From a virus: a DNA stretch of 64,000 bases. The position numbers and the translations under genes are program-made. Location: IMG/VR virus record IMGVR_UViG_2630968748_000003. The stretch is one strand, 5' to 3'. The notes under the pieces were generated by a model, which saw only the letters and a list, made by a program, of their open reading frames with translations, made no database searches and was not told the DNA's origin. Shown one piece after another: positions 9,774-18,052 of the stretch (its first letter is position 1; each line of letters begins with the position of its first letter).

Positions 9774-10162
9774 GATCCCTCCGCCGCCTTTTTTATTCTT
9801 GATAGAAATACAGGGTAAACACTATCCAATGCAGGCTTTAGAGTCGGTTCTTTTGCCATGAAACGAGTTCCAAGTTCGACGTATTGGAAATATTCCGTTT
9901 CCGGTCTAATAATTCCCTTTAGTCCGCTGTCCTCAAAGTAGATATTTGTCATCTTCTTTGTTTGACCCGTTGAAATTCGTTTTCCTGCCTTGCTACCGCT
10001 CTTATACGTCTTGGTGTATGTAGTTCCCATATTCCGTTTGGTTTTCTCTTGTACCTCAACCGTGGACTTCCTAACGACACTGACAAACCTCTTCATGTCT
10101 GACTGTTCGGTTAGTTTGACCTTTGCTTTGTTCAGTCCGACAAACTTCACTTTCATTCCCAT
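9770..10162 (-). CDS. HK97 gp10-like tail completion protein
   Basis: YVELGTRFMAKEPTLKPA motif. Confidence 0.85.
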   Translation of the reverse strand: MGMKVKFVGLNKAKVKLTEQSDMKRFVSVVRKSTVEVQEKTKRNMGTTYTKTYKSGSKAGKRISTGQTKKMTNIYFEDSGLKGIIRPETEYFQYVELGTRFMAKEPTLKPALDSVYPVFLSRIKKAAEGS

Positions 10163-10467
10163 TAGGAAATACCAACTTGGAAACTCTTCACTTTTGAGGT
10201 GGAGGTTTTAGTTTTCTTGATCCAGTGTTGCGTATCATTCCCAATCAACAAAAAAGACCAGTTGAAATTGATACTTTCAACTAGCCTTATTGTTTTTGTT
10301 TGAATGTTATAGTTGCCGAACGTTTCAACATTACGTTGAACGCCGTTGTCTGTTACGTTTGCCCAACACTTGAACACTTCTGTTGGTGTTGAGTCATGTT
10401 GACCTGTTTCCGGGTTGTATTTGTTGCTCGGATCAGTGTAAAACGTGATCGGAGTATCAAATCGCAT
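10162..10467 (-). CDS. Head closure / head-tail adaptor
   Basis: MRFD..YNPETG motif; synteny. Confidence 0.75.
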   Translation of the reverse strand: MRFDTPITFYTDPSNKYNPETGQHDSTPTEVFKCWANVTDNGVQRNVETFGNYNIQTKTIRLVESINFNWSFLLIGNDTQHWIKKTKTSTSKVKSFQVGIS

Positions 10468-10835
10468 TAGTATTTCCTCCCGAATGAATACGGGTCAACA
10501 AACTTGATCGTAGGCAACGGGTTCTCTGAATGTTCTTTCAAATAGTCCGTAATGTCGTTTTCAAAGCCCGAAAAGTCATCATCACTAAACGTAATACTTT
10601 CTCCGTCCTGTGAATAAGAGGTCATGCCCTCGTTACTCATGCGGTTGTATCGTCTGATAGACACCTCAAACAATATAAATTCCAAAGAGCTTGGCACGTC
10701 CTCTGTGGTATGTAGTTTAGACTTCAATCGTTGAGTAGTTCGTTTAATGATTAGGTTTAACAGCTTATCACGATCATTATTTGAAATAGACAAGGCGGTT
10801 TTAATGTCATCTAGTAGCGTAGTTTCTTCTGCCAT
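10467..10835 (-). CDS. Head-tail connector (gp6/gp15-like)
   Basis: RRYNRMSNEGMTSYSQDGESITF motif. Confidence 0.88.
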   Translation of the reverse strand: MAEETTLLDDIKTALSISNNDRDKLLNLIIKRTTQRLKSKLHTTEDVPSSLEFILFEVSIRRYNRMSNEGMTSYSQDGESITFSDDDFSGFENDITDYLKEHSENPLPTIKFVDPYSFGRKY

Positions 10836-10843
10836 ATTTCCAC

Positions 10844-11002
10844 CTATCCTTTCGTCGTGAATGTTGATGAATGAATAACTTTGTTTCCTTTTCGTAATTC
10901 CATGACTTGCTCTGATCCTGCTTTAAGACCTGTCAAATGGACTGTATCTCCCAATTTAAAGTCTTTTTTAATTAGCTTGTCATTACAATATAAGTCTGCC
11001 AT
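10844..11002 (-). CDS. 52-aa partial FN3-like protein, probable capsid decoration
   Basis: Not in the copy-1 ORF track; MADLYCNDKLIKKDFKLGDTVHLTGLKAGSEQVMELRKGNKVIHSSTFTTKG; SD AGGGGTG. Confidence 0.75.
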   Translation of the reverse strand: MADLYCNDKLIKKDFKLGDTVHLTGLKAGSEQVMELRKGNKVIHSSTFTTKG

Positions 11003-11069
11003 TTAAACACCCCTAACGTCTGCTGTTGTCTTTGTAGCGTTTGCTACTTCAACTCCGGCAACTTCGGGA

Positions 11070-11960
11070 CTAGCTGGGAGAGTCTGTTCCTGCCTCTGCT
11101 GAAATAGTAGATACAATGATACCGTCCAAACGTTCTGGTAATAGCAAGAGAGCGTCTGCAACAACACTTTCGTATGATAGTGAGTCGTTCTTAGGTTCGT
11201 GAGCAATTCCAACGAGTCCTGTTTGATCGGTTGTAAAGTTGAATGCTTGTGAGAGTGATCCACCGTTCAATGTTGCAAAGTATAAGTTTAGGTTTTGTGA
11301 AGCTGTAACGTAAATTGTACCTGCTGGAACGTTGTTACTCATGATTAAAGTATTTACACCAAGGAAATTTTGAATGTAAGTCATACCGAATACTGTTTGA
11401 ACTGTTACAGGTGCTGAACCAATGTAATCATAAAAATCAATAGGGTTGACTAATGCAACAGAGGTAACGTCCTCGTCCTCGAATGCAACTGCGAGTTGAC
11501 CCAAGCCTTTTGCAAGTGATTGTTGAAAGCCTGCTCCTGTTGCCTTACCAGTTCCGTTTGCAAATTCGTCGAACAATTCTTTCTTGATATTCTTTTGAAT
11601 TGCTTTGAGTAGTTCGGAGTCTGTGTCTGCAACTGCACCTTGAAATCCACTTGATTGAATTGCTTCCGCAGTTACATTCTTGCGCCATTTGTTAAAGGTT
11701 AATTCCTTAGTGTCTGATAGTTCTTTTTTGACTTCTGATAATGGAATAACTTCGCCCTCTGCAACCTTTTCGTCTGCAAGAGTAACTGTTGACTTGTAAA
11801 TCTTCACTGTTGATCCTAATGCAAGAGCTTGTTTGCGTGTGATACCGAGAACTTTCATTAATGTTGTAAGTCCCTCGTTGAATTGTTCTACGAAATCAAC
11901 TGATTGTGGAATTAACTTGTCTTTTGTAACTGTCTTTTCGTCTACTGCCATGGTGTCCAT
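11070..11960 (-). CDS. Major capsid protein
   Basis: 296 aa after the scaffold gene; VAEGEVIPLS..KWRKNVTAEAIQ motif. Confidence 0.93.
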   Translation of the reverse strand: MDTMAVDEKTVTKDKLIPQSVDFVEQFNEGLTTLMKVLGITRKQALALGSTVKIYKSTVTLADEKVAEGEVIPLSEVKKELSDTKELTFNKWRKNVTAEAIQSSGFQGAVADTDSELLKAIQKNIKKELFDEFANGTGKATGAGFQQSLAKGLGQLAVAFEDEDVTSVALVNPIDFYDYIGSAPVTVQTVFGMTYIQNFLGVNTLIMSNNVPAGTIYVTASQNLNLYFATLNGGSLSQAFNFTTDQTGLVGIAHEPKNDSLSYESVVADALLLLPERLDGIIVSTISAEAGTDSPS

Positions 11961-11970
11961 GACCTCCTAA

Positions 11971-12594
11971 TTATTTATATTCGGGGAATAGGTTCATATT
12001 CTCCGCAATTTTTTCTTGTCGTTCTTGTGGATCAACGATTGCCATAATTTCATCACGTGTGATCGTGGAACGTTGACCCGAAATTCTTGGTGTTGCTCCC
12101 TTTGTTAGTTCCTTGGTTGTTTCGTCTTTGATTGATTGAATGAACTTAACCAATTTACCAACGTTGGTTTTTGTGCTGTCGGCTTGATCGGTTGTAACCA
12201 AGTCTAATGCCTCGTCGCTTGCTGTGATCCCTTGTTCTTTGAACATTGAACTAGCGGTATCACGCATTCGATAAGTTGCAAGTTCCGCCTTTGCTTTGTC
12301 TGCCTCGGCTTGTACTTGCTGTAATTGATACTTTTGTTTCTCGTCGGAGTTCATTTTTGCTAACTTCTTAGCCTCGTCAACTTCGTGTTGTCGTTTCTTT
12401 TCCGCTCTGTCCAACTTTTGTTGAACAATTGCGTTGACCTCCTCATCAGTGTATTTTTTTCCACCGGTCTTTTCTTGATCGTCGTTGTTATCTTTGTGAT
12501 CGTCTGTCTTATTTTCTTCCGGTGTTGCAACCCCTGTGTTTCGGTCTTGTTTGTTCAACTCTTCGGTTGATTGAGTATCTGTTTGGTTATCCAT
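11971..12594 (-). CDS. Capsid scaffolding protein (DUF4355-like)
   Basis: Acidic N-terminus, KKYTDEEVNAIV, coiled coil, TPR near the C-terminus. Confidence 0.9.
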   Translation of the reverse strand: MDNQTDTQSTEELNKQDRNTGVATPEENKTDDHKDNNDDQEKTGGKKYTDEEVNAIVQQKLDRAEKKRQHEVDEAKKLAKMNSDEKQKYQLQQVQAEADKAKAELATYRMRDTASSMFKEQGITASDEALDLVTTDQADSTKTNVGKLVKFIQSIKDETTKELTKGATPRISGQRSTITRDEIMAIVDPQERQEKIAENMNLFPEYK

Positions 12595-12610
12595 AAATAA
12601 ATTCTCCTAT

Positions 12611-12720
12611 CCATTAGCTTTTAACGTGGATCAATGCTTGCACATTCCATATCTTTTAAAGTGATAAATGCTTGCACTTTGCTACACCATAGCTTTTTAC
12701 GTCTTCAATGCTTGGACGTA
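12611..12720 (-). promoter_or_regulatory. Three tandem hairpin+AAAAG(C/A)UA RNA elements in the scaffold leader (copy 2 at 45069-45178)
   Basis: 6-bp stems with different sequences, conserved CAAGCAUU loop, one U-G pair valid only on the minus strand. Confidence 0.75.
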
Positions 12721-12755
12721 CAAAAAAAGCACTCAACCGTTTTGGTTGAATGCTT
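12721..12755 (-). terminator. Intrinsic terminator after the minor capsid gene
   Basis: AAGCATTCAACC/GGTTGAGTGCTT stem followed by a T run on the minus strand. Confidence 0.8.
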
Positions 12756-12861
12756 AATATTTGATACTTACAAAATCATATCTTTTGGATCAGTAGGTTT
12801 GAACGGTTGTTTGTTCAAAATTGCTTTTTCCATTTCGCTACATGCTTTTTCAATGTCGTTG

Positions 12862-13875
12862 TCAACGGAATAATTCGACGCCTTTCGCATTGGAAATATC
12901 TACATTTAATTTATTAGAATTTGCGTCAACTTTGCTACTTGTATCATTTTTTCGTTCCTTTGGTGTTGGTGGTTCGTTCTCCTCATCATCAACAGGAACT
13001 GTCGAGCAGCGACAATTGGGATGTACAGGAATATCTGGGGCGGGATTATCTCCACCTCCCATCAATTCAAATACTTTATTGTCTAGCGGTTTGCATACAG
13101 AACATGCTGTCGGTTCCGCAATCCATTTTACTTTGTCAAAATCATTTTCCATATACAAAATACGACTGTATTGGTCCGCAACCCTGGCTGACTCAGTTCT
13201 AGCAATCCGAGAAGCAGCATAACTAGCATTCTTTACCTTATCATCAATCAGCGACCGGAGCCGTGAACTCAATTGATCAGCATTCATACCCATTACCAAA
13301 CTACGTGTAATGATATTGTCTAGTTCGTTTTTCAACACGTCTTGGTTCGTCCAAATTCTGTCCGAGAACTTTGCTCCGTGATATGAACTATATATCAACG
13401 TTTCCATTCTCCGTTCTGTCATCTTTGGAACCGTCTCACCAAGTATTCCCGCTTGTCGTACACGCTCGTCCTTTAATTCAGTAACAAGTCGTTCACGAAG
13501 TTTGTCGCTTAACTCGTCTGTTTCCGCCAAGAGATCAACGCCAATTTGACTTTTAAGCATTTCCAAACGATTAATTCGCATAGTCGCATTGTAAATCCTC
13601 AACCTTTCATTTGCTTCGTCAGAGAAGTCTTGCTCCTCCACCATCTTTTTTGCGGTGTCTTGAAATCCTTTAACATCAAAGTTGGAGACTCGTTTTTTCG
13701 CTTCATCTATACTGATACCCTCTTTGTTTGCATATCGTGTATAAAATTGAGATATATCTTTATCTATTTTGTCTAATGATTTGTTATAGATTTCATCTAT
13801 CTGCTTGTCAAAATCAATGTCTTGTTTTTGTTGTTGATCTATCCACTCACGCTCTCGCTTTTCCCAATATCCCAT
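12862..13875 (-). CDS. Minor capsid protein, SPP1 gp7 / MuF family
   Basis: RIARTE, CSVC and PVHPNCRCS motifs; follows the portal. Confidence 0.93.
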   Translation of the reverse strand: MGYWEKREREWIDQQQKQDIDFDKQIDEIYNKSLDKIDKDISQFYTRYANKEGISIDEAKKRVSNFDVKGFQDTAKKMVEEQDFSDEANERLRIYNATMRINRLEMLKSQIGVDLLAETDELSDKLRERLVTELKDERVRQAGILGETVPKMTERRMETLIYSSYHGAKFSDRIWTNQDVLKNELDNIITRSLVMGMNADQLSSRLRSLIDDKVKNASYAASRIARTESARVADQYSRILYMENDFDKVKWIAEPTACSVCKPLDNKVFELMGGGDNPAPDIPVHPNCRCSTVPVDDEENEPPTPKERKNDTSSKVDANSNKLNVDISNAKGVELFR

Positions 13876-13877
13876 AA

Positions 13878-15248
13878 TTATTCACCTTGTTCACTGGTTG
13901 TTGAATTGTTAAATCCGTAATCAGTTGCAGGGTTATTGTTAACTGCGTTTCTTGTTTGTTCGTTTTGTTCTTCTTGAATGCGAGTTATTTCCGCCTTAGG
14001 ATCACTGACAACTGACAGCGTAGACAATGCGGTTTCAAGTGAGGTAATGCCGATCAAGTTCTTTGCTGTTTCTGCTTCCTCTGCGACGTTGTTCGGAATA
14101 TTACGGGTAAATCTGAACGTTATGTCCATTGGTTCGCCATAGGGCAATTGAACTCCTAATACTGAAAACATTTCACGTAAGTTCTGTGTAAATTTACGTT
14201 CTTTGTTAACAGCAAGGTTACTCATTGATTGCATTTTGTATGCTAACGCCGTTCCCGAGGTTGAACTCCCGAATACGTCATCACTAATATTCGCAATCAT
14301 ACTAATTTGATAAATCATTGTCGTTAGTCGATTGAGGATATTTTCTTGATTACCGTCTGCGTCTGGTTTCTCGAGGAACTTTGCGTCAACGTCGTATTCT
14401 TCACTAGCGTTTTTAGTCACGATCAAACGGTTCTGTTTGATATTGAGTTGTTCTTCCTCCGTCAAATCAAAGTTCTTTAGGAACAAATAAGCGTGTGCAA
14501 AGTAATCAATATCATCTAGCTTGGCACTAAATGCCTTGTCGTATGCGTGAATTAATGTAATGACTGGATCAAACACTCCCATGCGTTCCTCATTATCGAA
14601 GAACTCGACCGCAGGCACTTTGCCTTTGAACACCAATAGTTTTGAGTCTGTGATCCTAATATCATCAATATAAGTGAACGAGTCGGCTCTATTTGAATAG
14701 TATGCCGTTCCTGTAATCTCGTTCTTTGCATTCTTGCCATATGTAACAAAGGCAATAGGCTTTTTGTTGATCGTGTCATCATAAATCATGAACGACTGAT
14801 CCGGAGAGAGAACGGCTGTTTTTAGTTCGCTGTTCTCGTTGTTGTATGCCAACATGAACGCTTTGCCGTAGATACTCGACTGCTTGGAAACCTCTGCAAG
14901 TTTGTCAACGAATGAATTATTTCTGATCCACGCTTGTAGAACTTTGTCCTTGTCTTGATCGTCCACTTTGATAGTTGGTGGAATACCAATAAAATAACCA
15001 TTCAATGTGTCAACGAGGTTCTTTGGAAAGTTGACAATCAAATGGTTGTTATCTTGCATATTTTGAGCTATCTCGTCATCAAAGGCTTTGGTTTGCCCTT
15101 TATATTCTCGTAGCTTGTCTTTGTACTGCTCTTCGTAGTTTGTTCTGTGATAGTTGATGAAACTTCGTAAATCTTCCCGAGTGAACTCTTCGTCTACTGG
15201 AAAGAGGTACTCGTCGTTATCACTGACAATTCCTCTTTGTAATAGCAT
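13878..15248 (-). CDS. Portal protein, SPP1 family
   Basis: 456 aa; VNFPKNLVDTLNGYFIGIPP and SSTSGTALAYK motifs. Confidence 0.95.
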   Translation of the reverse strand: MLLQRGIVSDNDEYLFPVDEEFTREDLRSFINYHRTNYEEQYKDKLREYKGQTKAFDDEIAQNMQDNNHLIVNFPKNLVDTLNGYFIGIPPTIKVDDQDKDKVLQAWIRNNSFVDKLAEVSKQSSIYGKAFMLAYNNENSELKTAVLSPDQSFMIYDDTINKKPIAFVTYGKNAKNEITGTAYYSNRADSFTYIDDIRITDSKLLVFKGKVPAVEFFDNEERMGVFDPVITLIHAYDKAFSAKLDDIDYFAHAYLFLKNFDLTEEEQLNIKQNRLIVTKNASEEYDVDAKFLEKPDADGNQENILNRLTTMIYQISMIANISDDVFGSSTSGTALAYKMQSMSNLAVNKERKFTQNLREMFSVLGVQLPYGEPMDITFRFTRNIPNNVAEEAETAKNLIGITSLETALSTLSVVSDPKAEITRIQEEQNEQTRNAVNNNPATDYGFNNSTTSEQGE

Positions 15249-15258
15249 TTGCTACCTC

Positions 15259-16515
15259 CTAAAATAATAAGTTCCTGTGGACTTTCGCTTGAACCTTTCC
15301 CTTGCCGTTGATTTCTTCGACAGCATATCTCGTTGCGTCTGCCCAATGGTTGAAAAGGTCAACAGGCTTGTTTGTGTACTCTCCTGTTTTCTTGTCCTTT
15401 TGCCATGTGTAGTTCTCTAGTCCCTCAATGACTTTTTGACAGCGGTCATCAACGATCAACTCGTACTGTTGCATGAATTGAATACCTTGAATGATTGAGT
15501 CTTTGCCTTTGTTGGACTTCCGAACACGTTCAATTCCGTTACGCCGTAGTTCATCAATACTCTTTGGTTCTGCGGCGTCGGCTGTGATTACTTCTTTTGA
15601 ATATCCCATTGACTTGATTACGTCGGCTATTTGATTGTTCATCATTCCCGTTTTGCTGTATTCCTCAATGAAATACATTTTTTTGTTCTTGTCGTCCACC
15701 TTTACATGAATAAAGAACGACGGGTCATTCGTATAACCGAAATCAAGTCCGAACATGCTCGGAACGCTTTGTAGTTCGGGAGAGTCACTGTTCAAGCGAC
15801 GAACTTCGTAATTAGGAAAGATTAGTTTGTCGAGTGTTGCAAACTCTCCAAGAGCATATATTCGATACCAAACGGGGTTTGTTGTTTTGAACTTCTCGAT
15901 ATTTCTCCGAGTTTGATCGTCAACAAACTTGTTATCTTTGTAGCTCGATTGATGAATGATCGTGTCCGGCTGTTTATTTTTGAAGAAATACTGATAAACC
16001 CAATTAGCTTTTGATACCGGGTTGAACATTAGAAATATTTGCTTGTTAGAGTGTTTCCTTTCACGTACACGCAATGTAAGTTGCTCGTAGTCCTCTTGAC
16101 TGAACTCGGTTGCCTCTTCCATTACAACGTCCGACAGTCCCTTGATTGACTTAATCTTTTCTTGATCGTCCATGCCTTTGAAAAGGAACATTGCTCCATT
16201 CGGCAAAGTGATCTCGAAATTTGTCTTGTTGATCTTGCAATAAGGCAACAACTTCCATTCGGATAGTCGAATAACAACGTCCTCATAGATTGAGTCACGT
16301 AATCGACTCCCAACCTTTCGGAGGAACAATACTTTGCGAGGGTGTTTCCATTCTTTCAAGGCTTTCAATACTACCTTTTGAACAACGCCGTGTGACTTTC
16401 CACTTGCTGCTCCCCCGTACCAAACCTCTGTAAAGTGTTCATAGTCATTCAAACTGTCAAAGACTGATCGGTTGAACTCTTTTTCGGGGTGCATGAATTT
16501 AATATCAATTGTCAT
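15259..16515 (-). CDS. terL: Terminase large subunit, PBSX family
   Basis: YGGAASGKS Walker A, VVMEEA Walker B, GLDFGY and HWADATRY nuclease motifs; start moved to MTIDIK. Confidence 0.95.
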   Translation of the reverse strand: MTIDIKFMHPEKEFNRSVFDSLNDYEHFTEVWYGGAASGKSHGVVQKVVLKALKEWKHPRKVLFLRKVGSRLRDSIYEDVVIRLSEWKLLPYCKINKTNFEITLPNGAMFLFKGMDDQEKIKSIKGLSDVVMEEATEFSQEDYEQLTLRVRERKHSNKQIFLMFNPVSKANWVYQYFFKNKQPDTIIHQSSYKDNKFVDDQTRRNIEKFKTTNPVWYRIYALGEFATLDKLIFPNYEVRRLNSDSPELQSVPSMFGLDFGYTNDPSFFIHVKVDDKNKKMYFIEEYSKTGMMNNQIADVIKSMGYSKEVITADAAEPKSIDELRRNGIERVRKSNKGKDSIIQGIQFMQQYELIVDDRCQKVIEGLENYTWQKDKKTGEYTNKPVDLFNHWADATRYAVEEINGKGKVQAKVHRNLLF

Positions 16516-16927
16516 CTTCTGGATAATCTCCAATATCAATTTCAATATTGGTTCGGTTCGTTGTGTTGACGTTATCAGTAAACAAGGCATGTCGTTTCCC
16601 GATCAACTCCGCAGCCTTGATCCTGTCTTTTGCTGTGACAGGCACGTTCTCGTACAAACCTTTTGCGGTTGCCACCGTTTCCTTTGTCTGTCCTCGCATG
16701 GTCTTTGATAGGAACTCCATTACTTCGGTTGCGTCGGCAATGCTTTCACTGTGCATTGAGTCCACCTGCTCTTGTATAGCCGATTTAATGTCATCTTTTG
16801 TAAGCAATCTATTTGCCTGTTGTCTTGCCGATTTCTCTGCGTAACCGGCTCTTAACGCTGCCTGTGTTGCATTTAAATCTTTGATGTATTCATCAACGAA
16901 TTTCTTTTGTTGTGCATTCAAACTCAA
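16505..16927 (-). CDS. terS: Terminase small subunit
   Basis: QKKFVDEYIKDLNATQAALRAGY motif; TTG start with GGAGGTG RBS. Confidence 0.95.
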   Translation of the reverse strand: MSLNAQQKKFVDEYIKDLNATQAALRAGYAEKSARQQANRLLTKDDIKSAIQEQVDSMHSESIADATEVMEFLSKTMRGQTKETVATAKGLYENVPVTAKDRIKAAELIGKRHALFTDNVNTTNRTNIEIDIGDYPEDDN

Positions 16928-16962
16928 CTAGCACCACCTCCTTAGTAATGAAATTGAGCAAC

Positions 16963-16992
16963 AAAAAAACACCACTCGAATGAGTGATGTTT
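16963..16992 (-). terminator. Terminator-like hairpin just upstream of terS
   Basis: AAACATCACTC-ATTC-GAGTGGTGTTT followed by a T run. Confidence 0.7.
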
Positions 16993-17019
16993 CTTCAAGT
17001 CGCTACTACTCTACTTTTT

Positions 17020-17065
17020 GACCTTGCGGTCTATGCGAGCCTCGGGAATCGAACCCGAGCATAGA
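17020..17065 (-). ncRNA. tRNA T-arm-like hairpin with adjacent GNRA hairpin in the late leader (not a complete tRNA)
   Basis: TCTATGC-TCGGG-TTCGATT-CCCGA-GGCTC-GCATAGA; GACC-GCAA-GGTC. Confidence 0.55.
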
Positions 17066-17234
17066 AATGTGATAAGAAAAAAGGTGTTGGTATTTTTAGG
17101 AGGAAACCGCCAGTACTCGCCTAATAAAAACAGTAACCGTTATCATAAGTTACTGCGTGAAACTTGTCGTTTTTTTTAAAGGTCGTTCTGCAGTTAGAGA
17201 CAGGCTGTTTTTGTGTTATAAATTATTTTCTTTC

Positions 17235-17297
17235 AAATTTTTCTATACTATCAATTTACCCCATTGACAAGGTTCATAAATACCCTTTTTTGTGCAA
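17235..17297 (-). promoter_or_regulatory. Putative late promoter downstream of the ArpU-type activator gene
   Basis: TG-A-TAGTAT extended -10-like element; position typical of RinA/ArpU-activated late promoters (inference). Confidence 0.45.
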
Positions 17298-17735
17298 TTA
17301 TTTGTCTATAATTTCAGGGCTAATCAGCCCTTTCTCAATAGCTAAAAGTTCAAGCATTTTATATCTCTTGTTGTAAATGGTTCTAACAGAATAATGTAAC
17401 CTATCCGCAATCTCATACCACCCTAGGTAATCACTATTGACAAATCGCATATTGTAAATCATTAACTGCTCATCACTCATCTTGTCAATAGCCCGTTCAC
17501 AATCATCTTTTAAATTAAATAGGCGTTGAAGTTCTTTATCTTCGTCTTTTTTTATTGTCAAAGTTTCTTGTGGCTTTATGATGATGCTTGATCTACCACC
17601 CTCTGGATTTCCGTTACTTTCAGTCCAAGGATGTTCAATAGCAACAACTCTCACAGCAATGTTGGTATTAACTTGTTGATACTCTTTAAAGTCCTCTTCA
17701 AGCTCAAGCAATCTACTCTTACTTAATTGTTTAAT
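17298..17735 (-). CDS. ArpU/RinA-family late transcriptional activator
   Basis: C-terminal HTH (WYEIADRLHYSVRTIY); start is either ATT at 17735 or TTG at 17711. Confidence 0.85.
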   Translation of the reverse strand: MKQLSKSRLLELEEDFKEYQQVNTNIAVRVVAIEHPWTESNGNPEGGRSSIIIKPQETLTIKKDEDKELQRLFNLKDDCERAIDKMSDEQLMIYNMRFVNSDYLGWYEIADRLHYSVRTIYNKRYKMLELLAIEKGLISPEIIDK

Positions 17736-17737
17736 GG

Positions 17738-18052
17738 TTATTCCCCCTCGTCCTTAATGAACACACCATTTAAAGTCTTCCCTTTACGATTCTTGATCGT
17801 ATCAACTGCAAGTTCCAAGCAATCTTTTAAATCGAATCCTGTTTGTTGACAGAGGATAATCATGACAACCATCACATCACCAATCGAATCCGGGAAACCT
17901 GAGTTAGCATTTGAGAAATCATGATTCTTATATGCTTCCTTTAACTCATCAATCTCTTCTTGCAGCTTATTCAATTGTTTCGCTGGGTCATTATTATCTA
18001 AGCCACGTTCTTTTGACCATTCTTGTACTGCTTTAATTAAATCGTTGTCCAT
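17738..18052 (-). CDS. MazG-like nucleotide pyrophosphohydrolase
   Basis: QEWSKERGL..KLQEEIDEL..DSIGDVMV motif. Confidence 0.85.
   Translation of the reverse strand: MDNDLIKAVQEWSKERGLDNNDPAKQLNKLQEEIDELKEAYKNHDFSNANSGFPDSIGDVMVVMIILCQQTGFDLKDCLELAVDTIKNRKGKTLNGVFIKDEGE

Noticed and set aside
11003-11263. 86-aa track ORF as an independent gene
   Set aside because: It overlaps the capsid gene out of frame and has no RBS; only its last 24 codons look coding, and these are treated as a frameshift extension
12611-12720. CRISPR mini-array or preQ1-I riboswitch
   Set aside because: Repeats are degenerate with no unique spacers and no cas genes. The preQ1 loop consensus is absent and the possible loop-tail pseudoknot is not kept in all copies.
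17020-17100. Complete tRNA gene
   Set aside because: Only a T-arm is present; no D-arm, anticodon arm or matching acceptor 5' strand upstream
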